A DNA stretch of 64,000 nucleotides from Hyaloraphidium curvatum SAG 235-1 (taxonomy: Eukaryota > Fungi > Monoblepharomycota). Positions 1 to 11,917 of the stretch are shown piece after piece. The stretch spans positions 496,001 to 560,000 of the forward strand of contig JAIVFI010000014.1 in NCBI GenBank assembly GCA_025558095.1, written 5' to 3'. Positions within the stretch are counted from its first letter, which is position 1, and every line of letters begins with the position of its first letter. Both the position numbers and the translations under genes were made by a program. The notes under the pieces were generated by a model. That model did not search any database. It saw only the letters and a list, made by a program, of their open reading frames with translations, and was not told where the DNA came from.

Positions 1-1115
1 GAGCCCAACGGGGTCGATGTCGATCCCAAGCCGGTCGGAGAGAGCCCTGCGAGAGCGGAACCGTGTTTTGTGAGAAGGCACTTGCTTTTCGGTGAAACCG
101 AGCACTGACCCAAAGTCGAAACTGCAGGAGAGATTGCTGACGTCGTCGCCTTCGAGGTCGAGCTGGCCGAGACCCTGCATCAGCCCGCTGGACAGGATCC
201 AGTCGCCGGCGTCCTCGTCCTCGTCGCCGTCGGCAAAGTCGGCCGGATGCGGCGTCCCGGGTTGCGGAAACAACACGGGGTCGACGGGCTCGCCTGCGAG
301 AATGGCTCAGCACCCGAGCGTCCGAGGCCGAACCATCTGCCTACCTTGAACCGCGCCGGCTTCAAGGAGCGGGGCAGCCGGGAGGTGCCATGCCGTCGGG
401 AGGACGCCCACCGGGCCGGGAATCTGGTTGATGAGCGCCCATGTAAAGTCGAACAGAGGCTCGGCCGGGAGCGGGGCCTGCGGCATCTGGTGCTGCGCTG
501 CGCCTACAGGGAGGAGCTGCGGGTGCGGTCAGCAGCTGAACGGGTCCGCGGGCGCCCACAGCACCTGCTGGAGAAACGGGAACGGCACGTTGCCGGCGTT
601 GAAAGGCGGGTCGACGTCCATGAGGGTGCCGGGGTCGATGGGGATGCCGGGTTCGTTGGGGGGAGGCGGCTCGGCTCCTTCTGGGTGACGAGGGTGATCA
701 GCGCGGCTCCGGTCCGGACTCGCTCACCAAGCGAACCTTGCTCCGCGCCCTGCTCCGGCACGGCTTGCCCCGGGCCCGCGGGGCACGCTTGCATGAAGTG
801 CTTAATGAGGTTCGCCACCGTCGTCACCATTGCCCCGCAGTCGGCGCACCGCAGGTGCCGGTGCCTGCCCCGCTGCGCGCAGCGACTCATCAGGGCGGCC
901 TTCTCGTGATGACCTCTGCCGTGGAGGCGGGCCACCAGGCAGCAGAGCTCGTTCCACAGCCGGGCGCCCAAGGAGTCGTTTTCGAGGACGCGGCGGGCGA
1001 TGAACCTAGCCGCGTGCGGCCCTGTGTCGGGGTTCGGCACAACGCGCGCCCGGACCGGATCCGTCCGCGCGCACGCCTCGGCGTCGGCCAGAGCGCCGTC
1101 CGGGAGCGCCGCCAT
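1..1115 (-). CDS. Lineage-specific C2HC zinc-finger protein, copy A (spliced; runs off window start; 5' exon probably further upstream)
   Basis: ORF 504-1115 contains ARVVPNPDT..AARFIARRVL..SLG and CADCGAMVTTVANLIKHFMQAC (C-x2-C-x12-H-x4-C), clearly paralogous to ORF 15383-15958. Gene limits are uncertain. Confidence 0.5.
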
Positions 1116-1812
1116 CGTGTCCGATGACCTGTGGCGCAGTTGCCGCGCCCGCAGGCATTAGTCCCTCGCCAGAAGTGACTTTGGGAAAGTCACTTCCGCT
1201 CCCGCCGGTCTCACGGGGGTGAAACTTCCCGGGACGGCCGCCCTTCGCCGGCCCTCGAGGCGTCCGATCGGTCCATTCTAGCCAAGATGGCAGCGTCTCC
1301 GGCCCTCCGGGAACGCGCGGGGGGGCTCGGAGGCCCGCGGACCCCGGCGGGGCCGCGCGGCGCGCCCCACGCGGCGGGAACGCGCGGCCGCCGGCATCGC
1401 CCGCCGACGCGGCCGATCGCGAGGCAAAGACGGCAGAGCGGGGCCGAACACGGGGGAAGCGGCGGGATGCATGGTTTGCCGGCGTGGGCCGCCGACGGTT
1501 GTTTGGGCGCGAGTGGTAGTGCGCGATCATTGAGACGCGAGCGCACCTTGGAGCGCGCCCCGTCCAATCGCCACCCGCCCGGCGGCAGCACCGCCGCCGC
1601 GAGTCCGCTGCACGCGGCGGCAGCTGCCGATGCCGATCCACGCGATGCCCGCCGGGATTCGGTGTCGGACCGGGGCGGGGGTCCTTGAAACCTTGAGACC
1701 GTTGAGACGGCCCGGATTGGCCCGGATTCCGGCTCGGCGCCCTCCCTTCCCAGCCACAAGGACCAGACGAACACTGCGTTAGGCCGCCTCTGCAACGCAT
1801 TCAAGCCGAGCC

Positions 1813-2688
1813 ATGGGCAACCCGTTCTCCAAGCCCGCCAGCGACGTCCGCGACGGCATGCGCGGCGCCGGCAGCGAGGCCGCCGGCATCCTCGCGCCCG
1901 AAATCCGCGGCGCCGTATCCACCTTGGCCGCCGCCATGCGGGACGGCTTCGCCGCCCTCACAAGCTTCAGCACCGTTCTCGCCAAGATGGGCGGTGACGC
2001 GGCGAAAGTGCTGGGCAAGTCGGCGGTCCGCACCGGAGACGTCATCGGCGGACACATGGTAGAGGCCGTGAAGGAGGGGAGCAAGCAGCTCAAGTCCGCC
2101 TCCAAGCATGTCGGGCGCGCCGCCAAGGGAGCCGCGGACACTGTGCACCGCGCGGCGGTCAGCATGTGCCAAATCGCAGACTGGCAGACGTATGCTTTGC
2201 TGACCTTCGGCTACTGGATGCTCGTCTCGTTCGAAGGTACGCCTGCCGCGTCCTCTGTGCATCGCCTGACGGGCCTGCACCCCTTCCTCCCCATAGCGTG
2301 GCTGCGCACCGTCATCTTCTCCGTCATCTTCTGCATCATCGCTGTCACCGTCTTCTGCTGCTGGCGGCTCCTGGCCCGCCCGGCCACTGCGGCGATCTTC
2401 AAGAAGGCGCCCTCCTGCCACGCCCTGTGCAACATACTGAACCGGCCCTGGCACCCCCTCACCAGCCCTCTGGTCATTCTCGTGTGGGTCCTGTGGGGGC
2501 TATTCGCCGCGGACCAGTGGGGCGGCACGCGCCGGTCCTTCCGCTACTGGGCCGGGCCCAGGATGCCATCGCCTTGCGCCATCGCCCTGCACAAGCGAGC
2601 CGTCAATTCCATCGCCGCCATCGCCTACGAGTACCAGCAGGCTATCAACCCGCGCAGGCGAGCCCTCAAGTCCATCGCCTACGAGTGA
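1813..2688 (+). CDS. Hypothetical membrane protein (Ala/Gly-rich amphipathic N-terminus, 2-3 TM segments)
   Basis: Uninterrupted 291-aa ORF with C/G-ending codons; hydrophobic stretches TVIFSVIFCIIAVTVFCCW and PLVILVWVLWGLFAA; MGNPFSK start could be myristoylated. Confidence 0.65.
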   Translation: MGNPFSKPASDVRDGMRGAGSEAAGILAPEIRGAVSTLAAAMRDGFAALTSFSTVLAKMGGDAAKVLGKSAVRTGDVIGGHMVEAVKEGSKQLKSASKHVGRAAKGAADTVHRAAVSMCQIADWQTYALLTFGYWMLVSFEGTPAASSVHRLTGLHPFLPIAWLRTVIFSVIFCIIAVTVFCCWRLLARPATAAIFKKAPSCHALCNILNRPWHPLTSPLVILVWVLWGLFAADQWGGTRRSFRYWAGPRMPSPCAIALHKRAVNSIAAIAYEYQQAINPRRRALKSIAYE

Positions 2689-3239
2689 GTCTGAGGAGAC
2701 GAAGGTGGTCAACATGTCGCGCGCCGCGGCTCGTAGGCTAACGCTCCGCTTCCCACCAGAGGGCCCAGGAGGGCGATCGCACACGGCCGCGGCGACAAGC
2801 CGGAAGAGACGGCGATGAAGGTGGTCAAGAAGCGGCGGCCCTTGCCGAAGTAGCAGGTGTTTGCGTGAATGAGGTATCAACGTGTCAAGTTTTTCTCCCG
2901 TTCGCGAGCTGGTCCAGTCCGAGTTTCGGAAGCAGCAGAAAGGAGGGGCAGCTGGGTCTACTTCCCAGTGCTCGCCGATGCGGCGGCCGTTTCCACCAGC
3001 GCCAGTACATCGGAGGAAGCTCTTCCCCTTGCCTGCCATCTCCACGCAGCCCTCGTGCAGGGCCTGTACCACGTGCAGGCACGGCACCATCGCCTGGACC
3101 CCGTTGACGCAATCGTCACGCCGGGCCACCCCAGCTACCTCTGCAGGTGCCGCCGCCGCGAGTCCGGCCGGCCACTCTTCTGCGAGCACGTCTAGCTCTG
3201 GAAGCCCGTAACGCGCGGGAGTATCAACGCCCAGCACCG

Positions 3240-3827
3240 CTAGGGCGTCGGGGCATCGGCCCCAGGGCCGGCAGCTGGGCCATTGGGGTCACGCAGCAAG
3301 TCCGGGAAGGATTGCGGATTGCCTCGTGCGACCTGCTCGACAGCCGGACGCAAGCAACCGAGGGGATCCTGGCGAACCATCTCCCCATCGATCGGCACCT
3401 CGCGAAGGGCCGCGAGAATCGCGTTCCTCCAGTTCAACTTGTTGCGCGCATGCTTGTTCGTCTGCAGGTGGTTCCTCATGTTGGACAAATCCACTGTCGC
3501 ACTAAGTCAGTAAGCCAATAAGGCCAGTAAGCAAGCGGGCGAGGACCACTGACGGCTCGGCGGCGGCAGCCTGTTGGGGCAGAAGATGTCCCACACGCAC
3601 GGCCGCCGGCTCCCTTCCTCTCCAGGGAAGGGGACATAGTTGTTCCGGAAGAAGTCGAGCACCCTATCCGGTAAGCCGAAGGTCTCCGCATCGCGCGGAC
3701 GGCGCAGGTCCTCGGTCAGTTCGGGGCGGAGCGCCGCGGCGGCCGCAACCACCAGCTCCGCGAGCACGCCGTCGTCTTCAACGAATGGTAGAAGGACATC
3801 GTCGGGGATCTCCGGAGGCGCGGCCAT
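3240..3827 (-). CDS. U1/matrin-like zinc-finger protein, copy A (one intron about 3502-3549; may extend to about 2700)
   Basis: Splicing the 48-nt GT..CTGAC..AG intron joins CVWDIFC to DLSNMRNHLQTNKH (H-x5-H). Confidence 0.5.
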
Positions 3828-5252
3828 CGTCGCTTCCGCGGGCTGCGCCGGATTCGCGGCAGGGGAGCCCGATGTGGACGGAATGGGGGTGTTGCGGGCA
3901 CCGCAAGCGTCCGGGTCCCGCGCCACCTCACGGCCGCGCGTCGAGACAACCATTCCGCCACGCAACAAGGGCGTTTAACTGCAAAAACCTCTTTCGACGG
4001 AGAAAAAGTCGAGGAGCCTCCGTCAACGGGTACAGCCCTGGTGAAGCATGTAGCAAGCGTGCCAGAACAGAGCGAACACGTTGCCGAGAACCCGACCTAC
4101 CTCCAGCGACGGACCGGATCGAGATGGACAGGAAATGCATGGATGGACAAAGAACCGACGCGGATCGACCAGGCCCGCGGATCGATGCCCTTTCCTTCCC
4201 CGGCCCCAGCGTGCCCCGACCGCGCTCGGAGATGCCAACCAATCCGAGCCGTGGGTCCGCCCCCAGATCGAATCCGACGCGTTTTCAGCGCGGCATGCGG
4301 TGGAAACAGTCTGCCGTCCTGTCCGTTGCCTGATCGGACGTCGCGCAACGCACGGGTGCAGCGGCCCCGACGGCCAGGTGATTCGGCAGCTCCCCGCGAA
4401 CCGCGGCCGCCTACCCTCCTGTGCGCGATAGCGGCCCGTTTCCCCTCCTGCGACGCGCGGGGAAGGATGCCACGTCATCGCCGCTCCTCTCTCCCGGCGC
4501 ATGCCGCGGCGGCCGGACCCGGCGCTCACCTCCCCTCCGCCTTGCCGCTCCACCTCCCACCGTCCCCCGTCCCCCGATCCATCCTCCCCTCTCCAATCCC
4601 ACCCGGCCGCCATCCGCACAGCCCCCTTCCCAACCGGCCGCCGGATCCGCGGCTGCGGATCGTCTCACGGCAAAACCCCGCCCGGGTCGGTTGGGACGCG
4701 GTTTCAGGCTCCGTAGGCGCACCAGCCTGTGAGACGCGGCGGCTCGTGGGTGCTCCGGCCGGGAGGGGTGCGGCTCGGCGCGGAGGGAAGGGCGAGATGG
4801 CGGTGGATGGGTGGGGCATCGGGCTGGGGGGTTGGGTGCGGCGCGTGGGCCGCGAGGGGGGTGCGGGGAGACGGGGGGAAACAAGGTTTGCGTCCCAAGG
4901 GTGCGAAATGGGACGGGAGTACCGGGCGCGTTTCGCACGCGTTTCGGGGGGGGTGGGGTGCCGGAAACTCGCGTTGAGGCGCCGGGAATAAACGGGCAAG
5001 CAACGGAGGCATTTCATCCGCGGGGATGCGTGGATCGGACGCGCTCTGGCGCCGGCCGCACCTCCCAAAGCCTACCGAGGGCGGAAGCGGACCAGCCTCC
5101 GGCCGCGCCTGCAATCCTCCTCAGAGACTCCACCTCGAAAGGCCCCAACGTCTCTCCGACCGCCGCGGCGTGCCTCCCGCGCGCCGCCGCCCATCGCCTT
5201 TCGCCGTCGCGTCGGCGGCATCTCTCAGGGCGCCGATCTCTGCGCGCTGCCC

Positions 5253-6209
5253 TTGCGCGGGCCGATGGAAGCCGGTGGAACGACCCCGCGCGGCCCGCGC
5301 GCCCCGCCGCCCCCGCCGCCCCTCGGCGCCGTCCTCCCGCCATCGGACGCCCTTTCCGCGATGCCGCCGACCCCGCGCGCGGCCGCCGCGGCCCGCGCGC
5401 CGCCGGGGAAGCAGCCCGGCGCGCCGAACCCCCGCCCCGGTTCGCCGGTCCCGTCAGACGCCGGCGTGCCGCGCCCCGCAATCGACGGCCACGCGGCACC
5501 GGACTGCCCCGCGACGCCCCGCCGCCCGCCGCGCCTCTGCCGCCGCTGCCCGCGCTCGCACCCGCCGCCCGCGCGCCCGCGCTGCGCACTCTGCCGCTCG
5601 GCAGACTACCTGCTCGGCCAGCTGTCGCGCGTCATCGCCGACGCGCAGCACGACGCCGCCCTGCTCCTCCCCGAGCTGGCAGCCCTCCTCGCCCCCGCTG
5701 CCGCCTGCGGCGCCCTCGACCCGCACGAGATCCCCGCGTGGGACGCGCTCCTCGCACAGCTGGCACGCGTGCCGCGCAGCGCCGTGCTCCCCCTCGCTCG
5801 CGCCGTGCACGCACGCTGCGCCGCCGCCCTCCGCGGCGCCAAGCTCGTGCAGCGCACCCTGGACGACGACGACGGCGACGCCGACCCCCGCGTGCTCGCA
5901 GCCGCACGCGACGCCGCCGCATCCCTCGCATCGTGCATGCACCCCGCGACCCAGGCCCTCCTCGCTCTCCTCTCCCGCAGCCCTACCCCGGTCCCCGCAC
6001 CCGAACCCCCGCACGGCCTCCACGCGCTCGCATCGCACCTCCTCTCCCTCCTGCACGCCCTCGACCCCCCCGTCCTCCTCGCCCCGCACCCGGCGCTGGT
6101 CGCCGCCCCGCCCACCCCGCGCAGGTTCGCGCCCTACGCGCCGCCGCAGGCGTGCGGGGGGGTGCGGAGGAGGCTGTTTGCGGACGACGGGGAGGAAGGC
6201 GTGTGCTGA
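5253..6209 (+). CDS. Hypothetical protein (Pro-rich N-terminus, helical C-terminus)
   Basis: 318-aa ORF with strong C-ending codon bias and natural-looking helical sequence (YLLGQLSRVIADAQHDAALLLPELAALL). Confidence 0.55.
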   Translation: MRGPMEAGGTTPRGPRAPPPPPPLGAVLPPSDALSAMPPTPRAAAAARAPPGKQPGAPNPRPGSPVPSDAGVPRPAIDGHAAPDCPATPRRPPRLCRRCPRSHPPPARPRCALCRSADYLLGQLSRVIADAQHDAALLLPELAALLAPAAACGALDPHEIPAWDALLAQLARVPRSAVLPLARAVHARCAAALRGAKLVQRTLDDDDGDADPRVLAAARDAAASLASCMHPATQALLALLSRSPTPVPAPEPPHGLHALASHLLSLLHALDPPVLLAPHPALVAAPPTPRRFAPYAPPQACGGVRRRLFADDGEEGVC

Positions 6210-6664
6210 GCATGCGCATGCGCGGACCGCACGCGGATGCGCGTGCATCCGCGCTCGGACGATACCATCCTCCCTGCCCTGCCTATCGCGCTCTCGCGCA
6301 TACCCCCAACTTCCGCCTCCTTCCCTCGCTCGCACAATACCTGTACACCTAGACGCCGCCCCCGCGCGGCATGTACCCCTAGAACTCGCTCCCTCTTGCT
6401 TTTTGAACCTGTAGACTAGCGGTGGGGCCGTCTTTCGATTGATGGACGGTGGATGTAGTGTGACGCTCGGTCGTTTGTCGGGGGGTTTCCCGGGGATTTC
6501 GTCCGAAGAGGGATAGCACGTGCAATACCCTGTAGTCTAGCACTAATGCAACGGAGGCATGCTCACGATCTGCGTCGGGGATGCGCGGGGTTGGTGAGGA
6601 GGCAAGGCCGCCAGCGTCAAGGAACTCGCAAACAAGAAAATCCATCCATCCATCCATCAATCGA

Positions 6665-8091
6665 TTACAGCCTCTGCAGCCCGCCTCCCGCCCACAGGCT
6701 CGGTACCTTCGCCGCCAGCCAGCCCACCACCGCTGCCGCGCACTCGGCCGGCCGTTCCAGTGGCACCCAGTGCCCGCAGTCGACCGCGAACTCGGTAAGG
6801 TCCGGGCAGCTCGCCCGCATGGGGTCGGCGAGGCGGGTGCCGATCGTGGCCGCGACGACGTCCTGGGGGGCAAGGAGGGAGGTGAGGGAGCTCATGAAGG
6901 AGAAGGCAGCGACTTACGTAGCGTGCGTGAACGAGAAGCACGGGGAACAGGAGCTTGCCCCCGTTCTTTGCCGATTTGGTCCATTCCTTGTCCCTCCTCA
7001 AGCACCAATAGTAGGAGTCCGGGCCCAAGAAGCCGTTCCGGGTCAGCCCGTCCACGTACTCCTTGTAGTCCTCCTCCGACAACACCGAGGTATCGAGCGG
7101 TACGTCGGGTAAGTCTGGAGAGGCAAAGAATCAGCTGGACGTGCGTGCCGCGGAAGGCTCGCGTCCGATTACCTTTGCCCCGCTTCCCGCCAAAGAATCC
7201 ACCCTCCTTCCTGACCTTCGCGAACGCCGCGACCTTGCCCAAGGCGCTCGGCCCCGTCCTTCGGAAGAGCATCCTCACGATCTTGCCGGGATCCGAATCC
7301 ATCTGCGCCACCGCCTGTTCAAAGTTCTCGTAGTAGTACTCTGCAGGTGCGTCAGAAGGGCCGCCGATCCAGCGGCGAACGACCGCATACTGACGCTGAT
7401 ATTCCCACTGGCCGAATTCATATTGATCCTCCGGGTACAGCTTGCGGTCCACGAGCGGCGCCAGGGAGGTGACCTCCATGCAGTCGGGCATGTAGCTGCG
7501 GGTTTCGGCGGCGTGAGCAACCCGTCGTCCCGCCGCCGGGGAACGCGGAGACCAACGGTATGCAGATGAATCCGGCAGCGAGCACCCTCTCGGGGTAGTG
7601 CGCGACAAGGTTCCCGACGGCGGGGCTCCCGTGGTCGTGCCCAATCTGTCGTGCCGCACGCGGCGTGAGATCCCGGCCGCGGAAACGCGCCCGGCCGGCC
7701 ACCAACCCAGACTGCCTTCTCCGCCCCCAGGTGATCCAGCAGCTCCAGCAGGTCCTGAGCGATCTCCTCGTGTGAATAGCGATTCCTGTCCTTATAGACT
7801 GTCGACCGCCCGTAGCCCCTCATGTCCGGCGCGACCACGCGTAATCCCAGGGCGGCGAGCGCCGGCATCACTTTCTTCCACGAAATCGCGCGTTCGGGCC
7901 ATCCTGGACGCGGGCGGGAGGGAAACCGGGTGAGATGCGGCCCGGAGGGGAACTGGAACGCGTGCGGTCGGACCGTGGACGAGGATCACCGGCGTTCCCG
8001 AGGAGGGGCCGGCGGAGAGGAAGAAGGTCGTGTGGCCGGGATCGCCGTTGCGCGGCGGGCCCGTGAACGTGTGCTCGGAGAGGCGTTCCAT
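6665..8091 (-). CDS. Alpha/beta-fold (soluble) epoxide hydrolase, multi-exon
   Basis: Spliced HGWP oxyanion motif, VVAPDMRGYGRS, nucleophile motif GHDHGS and C-terminal catalytic-His motif DCGHWVPLERP, spread over several exons. Confidence 0.9.
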
Positions 8092-8736
8092 CGGGTGGAG
8101 GTCGTAAACAGCCGCGCGCTCTGGCTGGGAGACACCGTCGATCTTCTCGAATCTACATCGGACTTCGAACGTCAGATCCTCCACTTGTGTAACGTCCATG
8201 GTCCGCGCTACCTCTCGCATCGCTCAGCTCGCCGACAGCTCCTCCCAGACCCGCAGCGCGATCATCTCCGCGATCTCGGGCGGCAGCCCCGACCCCGCAC
8301 GCCACCCGAGTGATCTTCATTGACTTCAGCTTTCGCCAGGTACGATAGCAGCAATGGCCATCATTGGAGACTGGGCACTTCCGGACGGTGGCGCAAGCTG
8401 CTGTGCGGCCCCAGCAGGGCACCGTACGGGCCTGCGTCGCGGCTTCTTTTCTCGATCCACCCGCCACCATTTGACTTCGGCAGCGGCGGGAGCAGCCTCA
8501 TCTCCGCCCCTCATGTGGGGAGATTGGCATGACGGGCATGACTGCCTGCGGGCAATGCGCGTTGTCCGGGAAGGCCTCGTCGATCCAAAAGCCTGCTCTC
8601 CTCGATCCGGCGGGGCATCCATTTCGTTTCATCCTTCGAAGCTCGTCTGCGCTATTGCACGGCTCAGCCAGCTTGTCCGCACGAACGGGAGGAGGAAGAG
8701 GCGCCCGATCGTTGTTTCCGTGCGTCACTCGACGCG

Positions 8737-10254
8737 ATGGCGTCCTACGTGGACCCGGGGGGCCTGCCTGCCGAGCTGGACGCGCCGCCGCCCTCGCTGC
8801 CGCCGCCCCTGGTGCCTGCGCCGGCGGCGGGGGCGTCGGCCGCGTCGCTTCTGGACGCGGACGTGCCGCCGTCGGCGAACGCGCTGGCGCCGCTCCCGGC
8901 GCCTCTCGGGGCCGCGCTGCCCGTCCCGCTGGCGCCGGCACCGGCAGCACGTCCGCGCACGCCGTCTCAGCAGCCCGCGGCGCCCCCCGCGGCGGCGGTG
9001 GTGGGCGGGGCGGGCGACCGCCCTCTGCCCGCGACCCCGTCCCTTTGCCCGCTCTCCCCGCAACACGCGCCGTTCGCAGACGCGTCGGCACTGTACGCGC
9101 TGCCGGCCGCGGACCCCGGCAGGGACCTCGCCGCGCGCGTGCTCGGTGCCCCCGCGCGCCCCCCCGGCGACCCCAACCGCGACCCGGGCGACCTCGCGCG
9201 GGAGGGCGAGTGGCGCGCCTGCGCAGAGGCCTGCGCGCGGATAATCAGGTCGGCGCCCGCGGGCACCGCGCAGGACGGCTCGCCGCTCTCCTACGTGCCC
9301 CCGGCCGCGCTCATGGACGCGTGGCGGCTGCGCGTGCTCGCGCTGTGCAGGATGGGCATGCACCGTCTGGCTGACGCAGAGATGGAAAGGCTGGGCGACA
9401 TCGAATCGGACAGGTTCCGCGTGCCGCTCCCGGCGGGCAACGGCACGCGGTCGGCCGTCGCGTTCGGGCTGCGGCTGGCGGCGGCGCGGCTGCCCGCCCT
9501 CCTGGGCGACACGGACGGCTCCATCGCCGCCGTCGCCAAACTGGAGTGGGACTGCTGCAAGGAACTCCAGTACTTGAAGCGGAGCGACGCCCCGCCCCCG
9601 CGGGACGCCGAGGACGACCCGGCCACCTGGGCCGAGCGCATCCTCTCGTGCCGCACGGCGACCGCCGCCCTCCTCCTCTCGCCCACCGCCCCGCCCGGCT
9701 CCCCGGCACCCGCCGCCGACCATGCCGCCGCCGCCTCGGTCCTCTACTCGGTCCTCTCCTCCCCCCTCCTCGCCACGATCGACCCCACCGGGACGCGCGC
9801 CAAATCCGCCGGCACCCTCCTCGCCCGCGTACTCGCCCAGGCCGGGGACCTCCGCTCCGCCTCGCAGCTGCTCCCCCAGCTGGCCGCGATGGCCCCTCCC
9901 GACCCGCGCGGCGACGCCATCTCCCTCGCCCTGCTCCGCCTCGCCTCGGACGAACCCCTCGCCGCCGCGGACCTCCTCTCCCCCCTCGCCCGCGCGGGCG
10001 ACCCCGCGGCGGCCAACGCCCTCGCCGTCTCGTACCTGTACAGCCAACCCCCCTCGCTCCCCTCGGCCCTGGCCGCGCTGCACGCCGTCCCCCCGGACGT
10101 GCTCTCCAAGGAGCCGGCGGCGGTGCACAACCTGGCCACGCTGAGCGAGCTCGCCGACGCCGCGGCGAACAGGAAGGCCGGCGTGCTGAGGGCCGTGGCG
10201 GGGGCGAGGGCGCTGGACGACGTGGCACTGCTGGGGGCGCTCAAGATGGGCTAG
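8737..10254 (+). CDS. TRAPPC12: Trafficking protein particle complex subunit 12 (TPR)
   Basis: 505-aa ORF; EWRAC..W.LRVLAL..A..EME.LGD...AVAFGLRL..ARLP and C-terminal NALAVSYLY / HNLATLSEL match the TRAPPC12 pattern. Confidence 0.8.
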   Translation: MASYVDPGGLPAELDAPPPSLPPPLVPAPAAGASAASLLDADVPPSANALAPLPAPLGAALPVPLAPAPAARPRTPSQQPAAPPAAAVVGGAGDRPLPATPSLCPLSPQHAPFADASALYALPAADPGRDLAARVLGAPARPPGDPNRDPGDLAREGEWRACAEACARIIRSAPAGTAQDGSPLSYVPPAALMDAWRLRVLALCRMGMHRLADAEMERLGDIESDRFRVPLPAGNGTRSAVAFGLRLAAARLPALLGDTDGSIAAVAKLEWDCCKELQYLKRSDAPPPRDAEDDPATWAERILSCRTATAALLLSPTAPPGSPAPAADHAAAASVLYSVLSSPLLATIDPTGTRAKSAGTLLARVLAQAGDLRSASQLLPQLAAMAPPDPRGDAISLALLRLASDEPLAAADLLSPLARAGDPAAANALAVSYLYSQPPSLPSALAALHAVPPDVLSKEPAAVHNLATLSELADAAANRKAGVLRAVAGARALDDVALLGALKMG

Positions 10255-10593
10255 GCGTGCGGGGGAACGGGCTGCGGGAGGCGGGAGGCACGGCCGGGAG
10301 GCGTGACGGGGTTTGGCGGCGGGATGGGGCCGGGATGGCCGGGTGCCCGCGCTTGCGCACGCGGCAGTCGCCGCGCCGTGCTTTTCGGCCAAACTGAAGA
10401 AGGCGGCGGCGGTTGCGGGGACGCGGCAGGGGCAATCGTGCTGGCGACAGGGCTCATCTTTGTAGTCATGTCGCTGTCCGCCATCGCGGTCGCACTTGCA
10501 ACGCACACGGGTTGGTCTTGACCAACTTTGGGCACCCAGCCCGCGTCTTCCTCCCCTTCCCCCGCTCTCCCGAGTCGGCGAGCATGCCGGCCA

Positions 10594-10875
10594 TCAGCAC
10601 GTGCCCACCGTCGTTGGACACGCGTTCCCCGCCAGGGCGTAGGCAGCGATCCCGGCGGCCCAGCCGAAGCCCGGGCAGCTTCCAAAGAGGTTGCATTCGT
10701 AGTTGACACCAGACGTCAGCTCCTGTGTGAAGTACCGGCAGCCGTTGGTGGCCTTGCAGCTGGCGGCACATTCTTCCAAGGTGGTTGCCGCCGCGACGTA
10801 GCCTAGGCCTTGACCGCACGCGCAGTCCGGTCCCGCGTTGGCCGTGCGCGATCGCCGATCTTCCCGCTGCGCCAT
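10594..10875 (-). CDS. Possible PAN/apple-like Cys-rich domain exon
   Basis: TLEECAASCKATNGCRYFT..YECNLFGSC has PAN-type C-x3-C-x5-C spacing; full gene model unresolved. Confidence 0.45.
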   Translation of the reverse strand: MAQREDRRSRTANAGPDCACGQGLGYVAAATTLEECAASCKATNGCRYFTQELTSGVNYECNLFGSCPGFGWAAGIAAYALAGNACPTTVGTC

Positions 10876-11287
10876 TTCCGCGCCCGACGCCTCGCCGCCC
10901 GGCCACGGCCGCGCCCGCTCCGGGTCGCCGCCATTTCCCTACCTGTCTGCTCTGCACAGATTGGCACGGAACTGGCGACGCTGGTCTGCGGTGGTCGACG
11001 CAGGTGGCCGCTCCTCCGCGGCGGTCATCGCCGTCAGCGTCATCGGCCGCCGGGCGGGATCGCGCTTCAAGGCCCGGACGGGTGGAAGGCCGCGGAGTCG
11101 GACGTTAATGAGCCAGCTGTGCGATGCAAACAGGATCCCGCTGTCCGATTGCGGGCCCAGGCGCTGCGCAACTGCGAAATGTACACAAGTTCGCCGCACT
11201 CGCGATTCGAGGCGTGCCACTTCCAGAACGCGTGAGGCTGGTTGCAGTGAATCGGTTCTTGATCATGCAAGCGTGCTGCCGCATCCG

Positions 11288-11917
11288 TCACATCCGCGCC
11301 CCGGCCGAGGAGCCCAGCACAAAGTCCACCACCGCGTCCACATCTACGGCCCCGTGGCCGCCGGTGGTGTCCAGCACGAGGGTCCGCGGATGCGCCGCCA
11401 CCAGCTCCGGGCGCCTCGGAGCATAGAGCTCCCAGTTCGCCAGCTTGTACGCGTCCCTCGGATCCGCGCGCTCCGCCATCCTCCGCCGCGCCTCGGCCTC
11501 GTCGACGCGCATCCAGATCACCGAGACCGAAACCGCATCCCCGGGCTTCAACCCCAGCCATTCGCGGTCGTGGAGCAGCCCGCCCTTGACCTCCTTCGAC
11601 AGGGGCGCCACGACCACCGCGCCGACTCCCGCGGCGAGGTTGTCCCGCGCAGCGCCGACCAGGCAGCGGTATTCGAGGTCGCGGAAGGTGTCGAGGAAGA
11701 AGGCACTGTCGCGGTCGTCCGGATCGCGGCCCATCTTCTCGAGCACGCCGGCCGAGTAGTCGCCGTAGATCGCGTCCTTGTCCAGGATGCAGAAGGGCGC
11801 GCCGGAGCGCGCGGCGAGCGCGAGGACGAGGCGGCGCGCGAGGGTCGTCTTGCCGGCGCCGGCGTGGCCGCAGACAAAGACGAGGTGCCGCATCGCGGGA
11901 GCCGCGGCCGAATTCAT
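11288..11917 (-). CDS. AAA_33-family P-loop NTPase/kinase, bacterial-like, intronless
   Basis: LVFVCGHAGAGKTTLA Walker A, LDKD, DPDDRDS, D.EY and lid R...R.DPRDAYKL..W; resembles a proteobacterial AAA_33 family from recall. Confidence 0.85.
   Translation of the reverse strand: MNSAAAPAMRHLVFVCGHAGAGKTTLARRLVLALAARSGAPFCILDKDAIYGDYSAGVLEKMGRDPDDRDSAFFLDTFRDLEYRCLVGAARDNLAAGVGAVVVAPLSKEVKGGLLHDREWLGLKPGDAVSVSVIWMRVDEAEARRRMAERADPRDAYKLANWELYAPRRPELVAAHPRTLVLDTTGGHGAVDVDAVVDFVLGSSAGARM

Noticed and set aside
4023-5250. Many long overlapping Arg/Pro/Gly-rich ORFs
   Set aside because: Expected from very high GC; no domain signal. The same applies to antisense ORFs over real genes (for example 8725-10506, 39227-40831, 56702-57970).
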